The notes under the pieces are model-generated. The model did no database searches. It was not told the origin of the DNA and saw only the letters and a list, made by a program, of their open reading frames with translations. A DNA stretch of 64,000 nucleotides from Auanema rhodensis (taxonomy: Eukaryota > Animalia > Nematoda), in the NCBI GenBank assembly GCA_964057225.1, contig OZ059897.1:16492001-16556000 (forward strand). Direction: 5' to 3'. Positions 12,301 to 26,153 of the stretch are shown piece after piece. Position 1 is the stretch's first letter; every line of letters starts with the position of its first letter. A program made the translations under genes and the position numbers.

Positions 12301-15087
12301 CTGCAACCGTTTGCGCACATCGTAGATGTTCATACATATATACATAGCTTATGAGAGAAGATGGGTAACATATGAAACGATGCTTCTCACTTCCTTTCCT
12401 AACTCGATCTCTATCTCTCTCTTCTTCTTTAGCACTCACACTCACTAACACACATGATATCAGTTTTTCTCTCGTAAGAATTATAATACCTCTTAATGTA
12501 GGCTATTAGTGAAGAAGAAAAAACAAAAATAAATGTGAGAATTATCTCCGATTGAGAGAAAGATGACCAAATGCTTAAGAGCTTTAGTTTCACTAATAGA
12601 AGAGACATTTTAGCGAATAATCTACATCATCATTCTGTCATCCCTTACATATGTTTCATGGAAGCTTGATGCATACTTCTTCTATTTCCTCTTACTTCTC
12701 ATTCCTTTGCTATAATTGAAATAGTTTGTCACATCTTATAGCAATTTCTCTCTAATCATCATGTTTTTCATAAATAAATTTATTTCAAGAAAGGTTATCA
12801 TATTTCTTTTGACCAAATGATTGAATCAAATCTTATTACAAAACTCAAATATATTCAAAATCTGTATACGAAAATTGAGTAGGCCGATGTGAAGGAAAAC
12901 AAACTTATGCGAAAAGCAAGATATTATGAACAAGTTTCTAAGAAAAATATAAAAAAGAGAAAATAAAAGAATGAAAATAACTGTCTTCTTTGTAATATAA
13001 TCAACTACGGTATGTCTGTTATCAAGTATAAGACAAAGTTAAAATTTATAAAAAATATTATATATATATATAGAAAGAGATAAAATTTTAAAAAACTTAA
13101 TGAAACTAAGATTGTAACAGTAACTTCTGGTAATGATATGCTTGAGAAATCTCGAAATTCAGAGGAAAATTCCGAACACAAGGGCTGAGATAGGAGTAAT
13201 GCTAAGGGGTACAGATGGCTGTAAAGCGCTAATTAGCGATATCTCTATCTTTCTCTCTCGATACATATATATATTTCTATATTTCAATATATATATAGAT
13301 ATATGTATATTCTCTAAGTATATAAAATTCATAGCGATAAGAACCTTCAAATAAGAATTATATTTGGAGTCTTTCAATGAAAAAAATGTTCTGTTGTGTT
13401 TAAAAGAAAATATAGATAAGAAGATAGTGAGAGAGTTAGAAATATTCTGAAAGACAATTGCATTTTCTCCAAAAAAAAGGTTTTTTGTAGTTTTTACTTT
13501 AGTTTTATATTATGATTTGTTTTCCCTTTCTCATTAAATTCAATAAGATAGTTGATATAAACTGAATAAATCTCTTATTATTAGTATATGCTAAGCTATC
13601 ATTGTAGTTTTTCTCTACAAAAATTCTTTTTAAAAATACAATCTTCTTTTCTAGTTATCTCAGCAAAAATATTTAAAAAAAAAAAAATATATATATATAT
13701 ATATATTCTGACAAAGAAGAAGTTTCAAATGAAAGTTGATTACGCAAAGTTAGCACGATGTATTGTTACGGAAAGAACTTTCAAACCAATTGTATATAGG
13801 AATAATATATGTAGATTGTGACGTTTAGCATACTATATTGAAAAATTGCAGATTCCCGAGATTAAAAAGGAAACGTACAAAGAAAAATGGTGAGATTGCT
13901 TTAAAGAAGGAAGAAAGTTGCTGAAATAAACTGTGAGCAAAAAATAGAAGATGATATTCAAAATCTAAAAGAGCAAAGCAGCATAAAGCTGCTATGATTA
14001 GTTCTATCAAGTTTATTGACTGACGAACAAGTACGGAATTTCATCTATACACACTTTCAACAGCTTCTAGCAGACAAGGTCTTAATTAAGCAGCGTAACT
14101 AGCAATCGTCACAATCTCTTGCCCTCTCTTTACTGCAATTCCTTCCCTTTCTTACACATTTTCATGCTTTTCTATCATTCCTAGTTTCTCATTCCTTCTT
14201 TATTAATCTTACCTTCGAGTTAATACATAGACATATATGTAATATTTTTTTATAAAAAAAAAGATAAAACTCAAAGAAAAAGTTTAAAAATTTCATTATC
14301 AACATTCAGATTCTCATAATCATAAGACAAGAAAATTAAATAAAATCAGAGAATATAAATATTAATATAGACAACCATATTTTGACTTAAATATAAAATT
14401 CTGTCAATTCTTGATATCTTACCTTTTTATGGTTTATATGTTACATGCATATATGCACCTTTGTTCTGTTTCATTCAGATTATAAATGTGAATAGGAAGT
14501 AATATATGAGACTATTCAATATAATTCTTATACTATGTAGAGTATAAATGGATATCAAAATTATAAAAATAAAAATATTATTTTAATAATACAATCAAAA
14601 TTCTTTATTGTCTCATCATTTTCACACAAAACCACAGAAATTTGCAATATATGTATTCCTATTCTATTATAATAGATATCATACTTTAATTACTAATGTT
14701 AAAATTATGTTATATTAACCTACATATATACATACATATGTGCTTATTGCCCAAAAACAATTATAAATTTTTAAACAATATCAAAGAAAATTTAAATAAA
14801 ATGTATAAGTATTTAAAACATTTCGCATTTCACTCAAATTCCATGTAATGTTTATATATTCAACCATAATATAAATGAAATAGATAACTGAAATTGAACC
14901 AATTTTTAAATATTTAGGTATCACAGAGCGGTTGTTCTTGGAACTATTCGAATTAAATAAATTAACTTGCTTTCAATAGATTTGCGTAAAACCAGAAGGG
15001 TCACATTCGGCAACATTTTTCTCAATATCGTTTTGATATATATATATATATATATATGTATTATATACACTTGTTTGTGCTCTTGAG

Positions 15088-16273
15088 TTAATCATTCTGT
15101 TCAACGGCACTTTTTATTTCAGACGATACATCTTCTGAAAATATTAACAAATTTCTTGTGAGAAAGATTTTTTAAAAGATAACTACCGCTCAAGTTAGCC
15201 TTTTGAAATGTTTCTTCATTTACCATATTTTGAACTGATCTATGAATATAAGATAAAATTCATGTAAAAGTACAAGAGTTGAAAGATTCTAACATATATA
15301 TTTGTTACTCTGAGAACTTACTTAGCATCTTCGTTTTCTTTCTCATTATCAATTTCTTCTTCCTCTTCATTATCAGATATATCTTCTTTTACACTTTCTT
15401 CTTTCTTCACTTCTTCATTTTCTTCTTTATGTTTTATTTTTTGTGTTTCATCTCTTTTCATAATAAATTCTTCATTTTCTAAAATGTTTAGTTATTTTAT
15501 GTATAATTTATATTAGCTATCATAATTATTTGATAATTATTAAAATATTTCAATTTTTAGCTTTGCAAAACATTACTATCAGCTGTTCCTGGTGGGCTTG
15601 ATGGCTTAGAATGTAGAACCAATATGTCTAAATCCTTTTTCTTTTCCGCAGTTTGTAAAGGAGGCTTTACTTCTTGTGAGCCCTTAGCGGACTTTTTCTG
15701 CTTGTCACCTAGGAAAGGAAAATTATTTGGTAGCTCTTCACTTGACTAACCATTTTCTTTCTTTTTATTACTTTTTGATTCAGATTCTTTCTTTTCTTTG
15801 TTAGCAGACTTCTTAGTTGTTTTCTTCTTAATAGAATTCTCATCAACTGCTGCCACGACAGCTATTTCCTTTTCCGGTGGACTCGATAGCCGCTGAAAAC
15901 CAAACGAGCATTCAATTCTCGAAACACAAATAGGCAACTTTCATTAAAGCATAAAGTTCAATTAGACGAATTACAAACATTTTAAAAATATAATTAGCAT
16001 ACCTTTGTAGACAGAACACGTATTTTATTCGTTTTTCTTCTTTTATCAGGTTCCAAGCTTCGAGATTTTCGCATCGAACTTTGTATTCTGATGAAAAATG
16101 TATATGTTTATATAGCATATAATTTTTTAACAATGCTCAGAATAAAATAAATTATATATAAATATTAAAATTAAATAAACGTTACCTATTATAAGCATCA
16201 CCATAGTCTAATGCAATGAAAATATTTGATGAAGCAATATAGTCCTGAAAAAAAAGTTGTATGCTGTCCCCTT

Positions 16274-16326
<53 letters not shown>

Positions 16327-16920
16327 GATGTAATTATTGAATACATAAAATTAAAATGAGAAATATAGGAAATTAAAATGAATTTGCTGTGGCCTCTATT
16401 ATAAATTAGATAAATATTATATAATATAAGCTAATAATCGACAGATATGTGCATAGAGGTTGCTGAATATTTTGAGTAATATACCTTTCCATCTTCTAAA
16501 TCATCGATAGATTTTACAGTTCTTCCACTTGCTGTATAGAGCTTCTTCACACCATATGGTAAATCTATTCTTTCTGTTAATACTGTAAGAAAGACATCAA
16601 GATCATGGACTTGTTTTCGATTAACAACAACCTAAACTTCAAAATTGATATAAATATATTCAAGTTATCGAAATTAAAAATCAATTATTTATAAAGAAAT
16701 TGTTTTTCTGTATTTTCATATAGTTATATATGGATTACATGTTTTTTCCTACATTTTTTAATTTTAAATGTTTCAATGAGTACAAAAATATTGCTTAGCA
16801 ACTTACTCGGATTCCTGGGTGATGAATGTCACCATTTTTGAAAACTCGAATTTTTTTAACTGCCGTTAACGAATAAAGGGTAGTAGTAGATGGAGTTTCT
16901 ATTCTTCGACTTTTACTCAT
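15088..16920 (-). CDS. Doublecortin (DCX) domain protein with long Lys/Glu-rich tail, DCDC2/RP1-like
   Basis: Spliced N-terminus KKIRVFKNGDIHHPGIR/VVVNRKQVHDLDVFLTVLTERIDLPYGVKKLYTASGRTVKSIDDLEDGK/DYIAS is a typical single DCX domain. Downstream exons stay in phase to TAA at 15088-15090; the 3' exons are less certain. Confidence 0.8.
16278..16322. repeat. (AT)n microsatellite in an intron of the DCX gene
   Basis: Pure AT run of about 22 units. Confidence 0.95.
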
Positions 16921-17122
16921 CGCCTAAAACTCCTATAAGTAGAATAGTCGAATTACATTTTAAAAAAACTGATTAAGTAAACATGAGCTTCAGCTACATG
17001 ATTACTTAAATGATAGAAAATTGTCTAAGTTTTATAACAAAAAAGTTTTTATGCAAAAGCTCTGAAGAAGAGCACATTGAGATTGACGTGTGGACGAAGA
17101 GATCTCATAAAGCTGCGTCCAG

Positions 17123-17136
17123 GTTGCTAGGGTGGA
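17123..17136 (-). promoter_or_regulatory. Possible X-box (RFX/DAF-19) site upstream of the DCX gene
   Basis: The minus strand reads TCCACCCTAGCAAC, with one good RFX half-site (CCTAGCAAC), ~200 bp upstream of the ATG. DCDC2-like genes are typically ciliary RFX targets. The other half-site is poor. Confidence 0.35.
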
Positions 17137-17650
17137 GCCAGTGTGTCACGTTAAACAGAGAAATAGAGTAGAAGTAGAATTGTATAAAATTGAAATAGGT
17201 TAGAATGAGAGATATGGAAAGAGAGAAAAGACAAGGAATAAAATAATCAATGTTTGATCTCCATCTAGCGTAATGTAATAAGATAAAGCTACCTATCATA
17301 CATATTCGAGCATGAAAATCTATTTGACATTCGGAAACAATATACGAATGTGAGAAATTAAAATGCTCTGAGCTTTTAAAATTGTTGAAATAATGACATT
17401 AAATTCTTTTTTTGGAAGAAACAAACAAAATTGAATGATTATTACTAAGCAGATATTCGAGGTGAAAAAGTTTATTTCTGTTAAAAACTTAAATTAAACT
17501 CGTTTCTTTTGTTTGTTTTAAAAACAGTTGAAATATCTGTGAATAGTACAGAAAAAATGGAATACTTACAAACAAGATCATCTAGCAAACAAGAAAGCAA
17601 CATATTGTATAATCAAATAATTATAGTTACATATTATATATTGCAATAAT

Positions 17651-20600
17651 TTATATATTAGATATAGTGTTTAGTACTGGAATTATCATATGACAGCCAT
17701 GATGAATATTGAGTGTATTATCTATTCTATGTAACATGCAATGAACTGCAAAAAACCATCCTTCATGACAGTCTGATCCATACACCATTCGATGCAAAAA
17801 TTTAGATAAAGCCAACAGCTGATTCAAACAACCACTGGACATCAAGTCAAAGAGGTAATCCAAAACTGCGAATACAACTGATTCTGTCGGTTCTAAAACC
17901 TAGTAACTTAAACATAAGTGTATCATTTAACAAAGCCACCGTATAAGAGCATTTCTTTCAATGCCTGACGAATTTGAAACGGATTGTCTTCTCCAAATAA
18001 TACGGGCAAAGAATTCGCTAATGGAATCTACAAAACATGATTGATAGAGGAGTAATTAAAATTATATACAGAATTACATCTCGTTCAATAATTCCTCCAA
18101 ATTTTGATTTGCGTATCTTACATGGGATTATTGGCTCAACTACAACTAACTTTTCTTCTGAAAATTTATTTTGCATAATTATAATTTACCAATATGATTT
18201 AGTTTACTAACGTCGTTGTTGAGAGATGGGACGGCGAACTCGAAAAAATGAACGCATATCGACCTCAGCAGTACTTGGGGCTGTTTCTGATTTTAATCTA
18301 CCACATTGTACCCCAATCTAAAATTTAACATGAAGGATTTTTAAAGTTGTTGTATTGGCACAGAAAATAACACAACATACTCCTCGTAGATCAACAATCA
18401 ACGGATTCATTTGATTCAACAGCTGGATTGCTTCTTTCGTTAAAAACTAAATAAAACATTTGTTATATATTTTAAATATATTTTTTACCTCATGATCCTT
18501 TGTATGTGTTTTAAATAATACACTTTTACTATTCGAGTCACAGCGTCCATGCCCAAGATATTTTGCCGTTTCGACCGGAGCATCAGCACTCCGTACCTAC
18601 ATTTTCAATAAAATATCAAAATTATTTTCAAGAATACCATTAGTTTTAAAGTCAGAGAACCAGCCAACATACGACACATATTCAATTTCTTTTCTAATTC
18701 AGCTCCCAGAACTCCAAGAAATTTGAAAACTTCTTCTTTCTAGATGGAAAGATGGGATTATGAAATTAAGAGAATCCAGACATACTTTTGTGAAGCGAAT
18801 ACCGTAGTTTATATCACAAGAAACAGACTTTCTTACTGTACTTTCAAGAAAATCTTTCTCTGAATTATCTTCTCCTCGACATAATTTATAAATCTAATTG
18901 AATTAGAACTGACAATATAAGAAAATATTCATATGAATGCATACCTGGCTTCCCGCTTTTTTACCAAATAGCGAAGCTAACTCAGATTCAGAGATATTCT
19001 GCAAATCTCGGCACAATTCCATCTCTCCAAAGACTTCATCTAATTTCGAGATCATTGAGTACCCAATTCCAGGTAAATTTGCAATCTAAATAAGATAATT
19101 ATTCATATTCATCTCAAAAATCCTCAATAGCAACCTTTTCTTTTGCTACAAAGCTAGAAACTTCTGTAGTTCGAACCCAGCGAACTCCATTTGGCTTAGC
19201 ATATCTGGTAGCTAAACGAGCTATTAATACAGTAGGTCCAATTCCTACTGAAGCTGGACATCCTGTTTCTTGCCGAATATTACTTCGAATATGATCCGCT
19301 AAGGTTTCAACTTCGGATATATGGTTCTAAATGTGAAGATTGAATTGAAAAAGGAATAGAATTCTCACTTCATTACAAAGCTTAGTCATATTTACATACA
19401 TTTCATCACAAGAAACAGCTTTTATTTCTTTTGAATATCTAAATATATTTATAAAGAATACCTATTTTTGTTTTACCGGGCTACGATTGTGTAAATTGTT
19501 TTTGATACTTCCCGATATTCATCAAAACTGTATGGCAGGCATATTAAAGATGGGCATAGTTTCAGAGCATCGCGCACCTAATCAATTACTGAGTCAACAT
19601 TCTATTGGCTGACTTACTTACCAACATTCCATTTTTCAAACCTTGAGAACGAGCAGGATAACTAGCAGAAGCTATTTCAGACATCCCCTTCGTATTCGTT
19701 GATCCCTTGATAGGAATAAATAAAACTCAAAGAGCAACCTGGTGGCAAACCTTGCTGTGAGTAATTGCAACTGGCTTGCCAATTAAATCAGATCGACTTC
19801 TCAGAGCAACAGAAACGAAAAAACAATCTAAATCAATGTGGAAAAATATGTTTTCACTTAATCTGAAAGATAAATTAAACTTTATGCAACATATACACAA
19901 TATTAAACCTATCTTCACTATTCGAAGATAAGTTTTGAAGACTTATGCATTCAAATGCTGGATCTTCTCGAATTCCATTTACATAATCTTTCATTTCTTG
20001 TGCCAAAGTTGAAATCAAATGCAGGCGAGATCTACGAATCTGAGAAGTAATGATTAGACTGTTTCACAAACCGGGCATAAAATTCTTGAAGAAAGTTAGG
20101 ATCACGAGCATCTAAGCGCCGCTCTTCTCTATTTGTAACATCTTGCACACCTTCGTTGGAATCGGGTCTTGTGAAAAAGTTCGTGATGGGTTTACTAAGA
20201 TTCGAACTATGGTAAGTAGAAGAATGTAGAATATAGCTGTCTATTGGTAATTTCTCATTGGCACCAATGCTATAAAACCATAATTATATAAAGAGTAAAA
20301 TCTGATTAGAAAAAGTAAAATACCTATCCACAATCCAAGCAGGTTGGAGAAATATTTCATTTACCCTTGCTTTATTTACTTTTGCTGCGGCCAAAGAGGA
20401 AGCAATTGTATACGTAGTTTTCCCATATTCAAGATAACAATGATATTCTCCACCATGGGTTTGGATAAGTTCTCTCAATTGAAGAGCAGATGGATCTTCA
20501 CTAATATAATACAGAGAAACAATAGTAAATTTCTACCTGTATGTCCATTTACAAAAATAGATACACCTTGAAAAAGTGTTGAGACAACTGTTTTAGGTTT

Positions 20601-21991
20601 AGCCAACACATTAACCTGATATTGTAACTTAGTTTTCTTCAAATGCATGTAAGAACCCTAAATATTCTAGTTAATTATAAAAACCAAGAAAACATCTACA
20701 TATCGTTCCCCAATTCCAATATCTGGATCTTCAGAATTCATAACAGCTGCAATAAGATCTCTTTTTCGTGTAAAATCTTCATGTGCCTTTTTAGCTTCAT
20801 TATTTTTCTGTTTAAAAAAAGTATAAACGAAAAGTTCATGGTATAAACTCAAAAGTACCTCAGACGGTGGTAATCGAGATTTCTTGGAGGAAGAAAAAAT
20901 TGGAGTTGATGTTGACAAATTCCGTAAGTTAGTTAGGTTCTAATCAGACATTTTGATAAATTCTATACAAGAAATATACCTCAATATCACTTAGCCCGCT
21001 TGGACCTGGAATTGGACCGAAATCATAAAAGCTACTATGACCGGATGTAGAAGAGCATCGAGTTCCTGTATCAGGATTCATTTGAGCACAAGAACTAGTA
21101 AAATCACCAGGGATCGTAGTTTTACAAGTTGGTATAAGAGTGGTTGTAACTGATATTGTTGGCAATTCATCCATAGCAGCCGTAGTTGAACATGGTACAT
21201 TTCTAGTTGAAATAGCAGGACATAAAAGAGGAGTAAATGTTGCAGGAGTTGGACTTATGGGTTTCACCAAATTAGCCGTATTTAAAATCTATATTTTGAT
21301 TAGGAATGCGGTATCTTATACGTTATACCTGAAACGAATTTAAACTTTGTGAAACTTCCTGAGCATGTAGGGAAGAAGGAGTACGAAGAGACAAACAATT
21401 AATCTAAAGCAATGTGATCTAAGCTGAGCATGAAGTGTGAGCTATACATACTTGAGAAGTTGATTGTAACAAATTCTGGTCTTCAGTCGCGAATGTAACA
21501 TTTAGAACGTCGTCCGAAATATCGGAAGCATACTCTTCTGGCTAAAATCTGACTTTTCAATATGCGTTGAAAGATTTAACAGCACCAGAAATATTATAGG
21601 CTCATCAAAAGAATCATCTACTATTGAACGAGGAACAATATTCAGCGTTGAAACAGTGACTGCATCATCGTTTATAGTAGAGGAATCTGAGGAAACGGCA
21701 GGTGATGGTGTTGTATTATGAGAACCTCGAGAGGAAGGAACGAAATCTCCTACAGGCTCTTCTAAAATATTTTGTTAATCGAAGTTGTATCCCACAAATT
21801 GTAACCACCTGATGAATGAATCGTTGATATATCGAATATATCAATTGACTCATTAATTTCACTTGGGGCATCCTTAATTAATACGATATTATCTATATAC
21901 TTCGAAATTATACTTGATAAATATCCTCCTCAAATAAATCTAAACTATCATTCAAAGCATTTGTTAAATTAATTGTTTTATCATGTTCCAT
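17651..21991 (-). CDS. rev-1: REV1 Y-family translesion polymerase / deoxycytidyl transferase
   Basis: BRCT region GSYMH...FQGVSIFVNGHT/DPSALQLRELIQTHGGEY, N-digit SRLHLIST, catalytic HIDLDCFFVSV, EIASASYPAR and AVSCDEM, and a C-terminal domain ORF at 17651-17863. Ser/Thr-rich N-terminal exons splice in frame back to an ATG at 21991; the start is less certain. Confidence 0.92.
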
Positions 21992-22364
21992 TTAAGCTAT
22001 ACTACTATCCACTCCTTCTTTTAGATGTCTAAAAAAAAAGGAGGAACATGAAGCATCTGGTTTGCGCAAATTATGGTACCATCTTGGGTGAACACCGTTT
22101 CAAAGCCATAAGAAAAAAATATTCAATTTATTACTTATTATCACCGGTTATAAAAATGTGATTGTTTTTCTAAATGTAATAATACTTGCTTCACACAAGA
22201 ATCATATCTCAGAAAAGGAATGAAATTTCTATAGTTAGTAAAACTATGCGGAACATTGCTTGGGCTCTGTGTTATGCTGGCAAGGTATAAAAACATAAAG
22301 GCATACAAAACGCAAATAAAATTCAAAATATATATAAAAAACAACAAGGCGAACTTAAACAATA

Positions 22365-24919
22365 TCACCTAAAAACAACGGTGCGAAGAGCATCTTCTTC
22401 ATGAACTTCTAAAACAGCTTCCGAACCATCATTGAATCGATATGAAACTCCTCCATCCACAACCTAAATCATTTTTGAACGAATATACGCTACACTATGC
22501 TTAATGAAACTTACCAAGTGTGCATCGTATCCTCGGCTTTTGACTTTAATCATTTCAGCAAAGCCTCTAGGAGCTGTTGGTGGAAATGTTGCATTGAATA
22601 CAGGATCACGAACCGAAAAAGCCATTTCTAAAAAATAATTTATATATCAATCTTGTATACATGTATAAGATAAATGAAAAGAACGTACTAGGCAAGTCCG
22701 GATCATAGACTAGTTGTTGATTGAATAAAGAGCAAATATCACTTATAGTTTCTTCATTATTTACTGGAAGTGTCACCTGAAAAAATAAGTATAAAATTTT
22801 CCAAATACTATACTAATTAGATTACACTGCACTTTTCTTGAACAATGTTAAGAAGATCAGTAACACATTGATCCGTTAGCTTATTTATATTGAAATACCA
22901 AGACGTTGAACCAGTTCCTGATATATTTTGATGTAAAGATTTACTTCCAGAGATTTGAGAACCTGTGCATATGGTTAAACCACTACTTTTTTGCTTCAAC
23001 ATAGGTCCCCGGTTAACTTGGATTTCATAATAGGAAACCCTGGATGACAAAGATTCTCCCATGAAAACCTGAAAGAACATGCGATTTTCTAAATTCAGAA
23101 AGTATCGAAAAGTAAACCTCATTCAATGCCAAAACAGGGAGAGCCATAGTGATATTTTCATCATTATTACGGCTTCGCTTGGCAATAGGAGGGATATCAT
23201 GAGAATCCATGCTATTTTCCGCTTCCCCCGGATCTCTCGGATTATCAGTCCATCTAAAGCAGAAAAGTTTGAGTAATGAGAACGGAATTAAATATACCGT
23301 GTGGTAGAAGGATTCCTATTCAATTGTTGATCATGTAATTCAATTGAATCATCCACATTTTCCCCGGTTACTGTAATCCTAATACGCTGACGGAATAACC
23401 ATCTAGAAAATTAGTAATATATAAAAATTGGAAAAAAGAAACACTGCTCAAAGGCAAAAGTAGAATTTTAATTACAAAGAGTATAAATAGCATGACACGT
23501 ACTTAAAATCCCCTTTAAGAAGGCGTTCTAAAGCGGGTCGGAAATGTTCTTTAGGTAATTTTTTCATCAAACACATATAACCTTCGGATCCCTAGAAAAT
23601 ATAAAACATGAATAAATTAAGTCAACTAAAAAAGTACCTGTGGGTCTGTATTGATTCCAATTACAGGTTTATTTCTATCTTTAATTTTTGAAGCAGCCAT
23701 AAGAAAAGTACCATCACCACCAGCGCTCATTATGCAGTCTGCCCATTGCACTGCACTCTCATTGTAATCCCAACGATATACAACACGAGACTCAATACCA
23801 ACGCGTCTGAAACAATATTATATAAAACATGTGCTTTTGCATTTTTATATTATTTTAAGAAATCAAGTAACATACTCTAGTTCAGCTTTTATTGTATCTA
23901 AGTAAGTATAGTGTTGTTTATGTTTTGCTACCAATCTACTGTAGTTGGATCCTCTTCTATGCAACTAAAAAAAATCAAAGACAAAAACTTATAGTAACTT
24001 ACAATTGCTTCCAATTGGGATTCTTTGATTCCTTTATGTACTCTTTTCTCAAACTCATATCTTGTGAGCTTACTCAGAATTAAAATTTTTTTGGGCAAAA
24101 ATTCGGGTTTCTAAAAAATGGGATCTTTATACAATATTCATAATAATAAATTCAATAAAAGTTAGTGCTATTACTTACATCCATAACTAGAGGTCCTGCT
24201 GATACACTACACTGAGCGTAAGCTGGGGTCCGATACAGTGCTCCAGCCAATGATCGAGGCAATCGCATACGAGATCTCACGTCGCTCCACGGTAATTCAA
24301 TTGCCTTTACGGACTGTAAGAATTTTTAAATATGTTAAGCAATTCTTGTGAATCTACTATTCGTATTTTAGATATTTGCATTTTTTGATAACAATTTAAT
24401 ACTCAAAAGATTTTCGAACTCTATCTTAATGTCGTTCACAATAAGTGTAAACAAAATGAGGGCTAAAATTTTAAAAACAGAGAAAATTAAGGGATAGAAA
24501 AAAGAAGAGAGAAAATAAACTGCTATGGTAAGCTGAAATGAGCTTGCGTGAAAGGAATCCATGATTAAATAAAAGTCACGTGTTTCACGTATGCTTCTAA
24601 TTCAGCTAAAAGATCAGATACTCGAACGATCAATACGATCTACTCAAGACACAAAGAACAATCAAAGCGCATAGCTAAAATTATAAATCATTTGTAAAGT
24701 ATACGCATACTATAACCAATTTAACGGATATAATTCCAAAAAGTAGTTCAAGAGCAGAAACTGATGATATTCCCTTATTTCCTAGCGCCTTGGTTGTAAT
24801 AAAAATATAACCTAGTCTAATTAATTCAAACATTTGAATCGACTATATGATACGATCACAAATTTTACATAAAAACTAGTTACCTGACGAACAGTTTCGG
24901 ATGAAATTCGGATGCGCAT
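22365..24919 (-). CDS. nadk-2: NAD kinase 2, mitochondrial type
   Basis: Motifs SKLTRYEFE, SAGGDGTFL, GINTDP, LPVLALNEVFMGESLSSRVSYYEI, KQKSSGLTICTG/TGSTSW and VVDGGVS. In-frame ATGs at 24268 and, via an upstream exon (24919-24884), at 24919. Confidence 0.9.
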
Positions 24920-26153
24920 ATCCTCATTTCACACAAGACGAATGACAATCTGATTTAGAAATATAAGAATGAACCAGAAGCTCAATAAAATAATTAATAT
25001 AATAGAATCAAAAAAGTGAAAGGGAGAAAAGGGTTTTTATAGTAGAGAGCAAGGCATTGTTTTCAAGCTACATACAGGAGAATGATAAGTTGTCCAGCAG
25101 ATTTCTAAATGATATCACAAAAGGAGGTCGTACTGATAACTCTTAGTATCCAGTCTTTGCTTTCTTAGTTTTTCCTATTCTAACCTATCGATACGCAAAA
25201 ACAAATAAGCAAAACAAAAATTAACTCTTTAAATATAAAGTACTATCATTTAAATATGATCAACTAAAAAGAGAGTAATGATGCTAGGTAGGCACACAGG
25301 TAAAGCCCTAGGAAAGATAAGACTGATCTTGAACAACTAAGTTATTACACTGGGGTCGAGAAAAGACGTTGTTTGAACTAAAGAAATTCTGCGCTTAAGA
25401 GATAGCGATAGAAAACGAGAGATAATAGACCAGCAATAAGAGCGAGAATAAAACTTGCAGCACGTGGTGTGATGTCATGAAAACGCATCTTTTAGACCAT
25501 GCGCCCATTTTTTTTAAAATACTTCCTACTACATTTCGGCAATTTATTGTAGGCGTATAGCGCCCAAACATCTATCAAAGTACTTGCACATGTGCTTCAT
25601 GGTCAAAGTCGTACACAATAGTGAGGTGTATTAAGTCAAACAAGACGTAGACAGCAGAAAAAGAAAACTTCCACATAACTTACAATATATAATTAGACTA
25701 TTTTCCTAATATAATAAATTTGTACTTCATTAACAGCATAGAATATGCATAACAATAAAATGAGATGTACCAACTCGTTTGAAACGATTTTGTTGCAAGA
25801 ATCATTAGAAAAAACAGTTTAATATAATAGATATGTTTATACACGTTAAAAAAGCATGAATGTATAGAAGTTTGTATTATTTTATAAAAGTGGACATATG
25901 ATTTATAATTTGTTTAAAAAAATGTAACGCAGCACAACATTGAAAGTAAGCCCGATAGAATAATCACTCAAGAAAAGCATAAAGTTAAAGATGAAAATCA
26001 AAAAGTAAGGAAAACCTGTTTGTCATGGTTTGAAACCGGGAAACTATTGAAGTGAGCTGAAGGGAAGGCAAGGATCAAATAGTAGATTATGTACAAGAGA
26101 TATATTCTGTTAATAGCAAAAAACGAAGCACCATAGATATGATATGACGAGAC

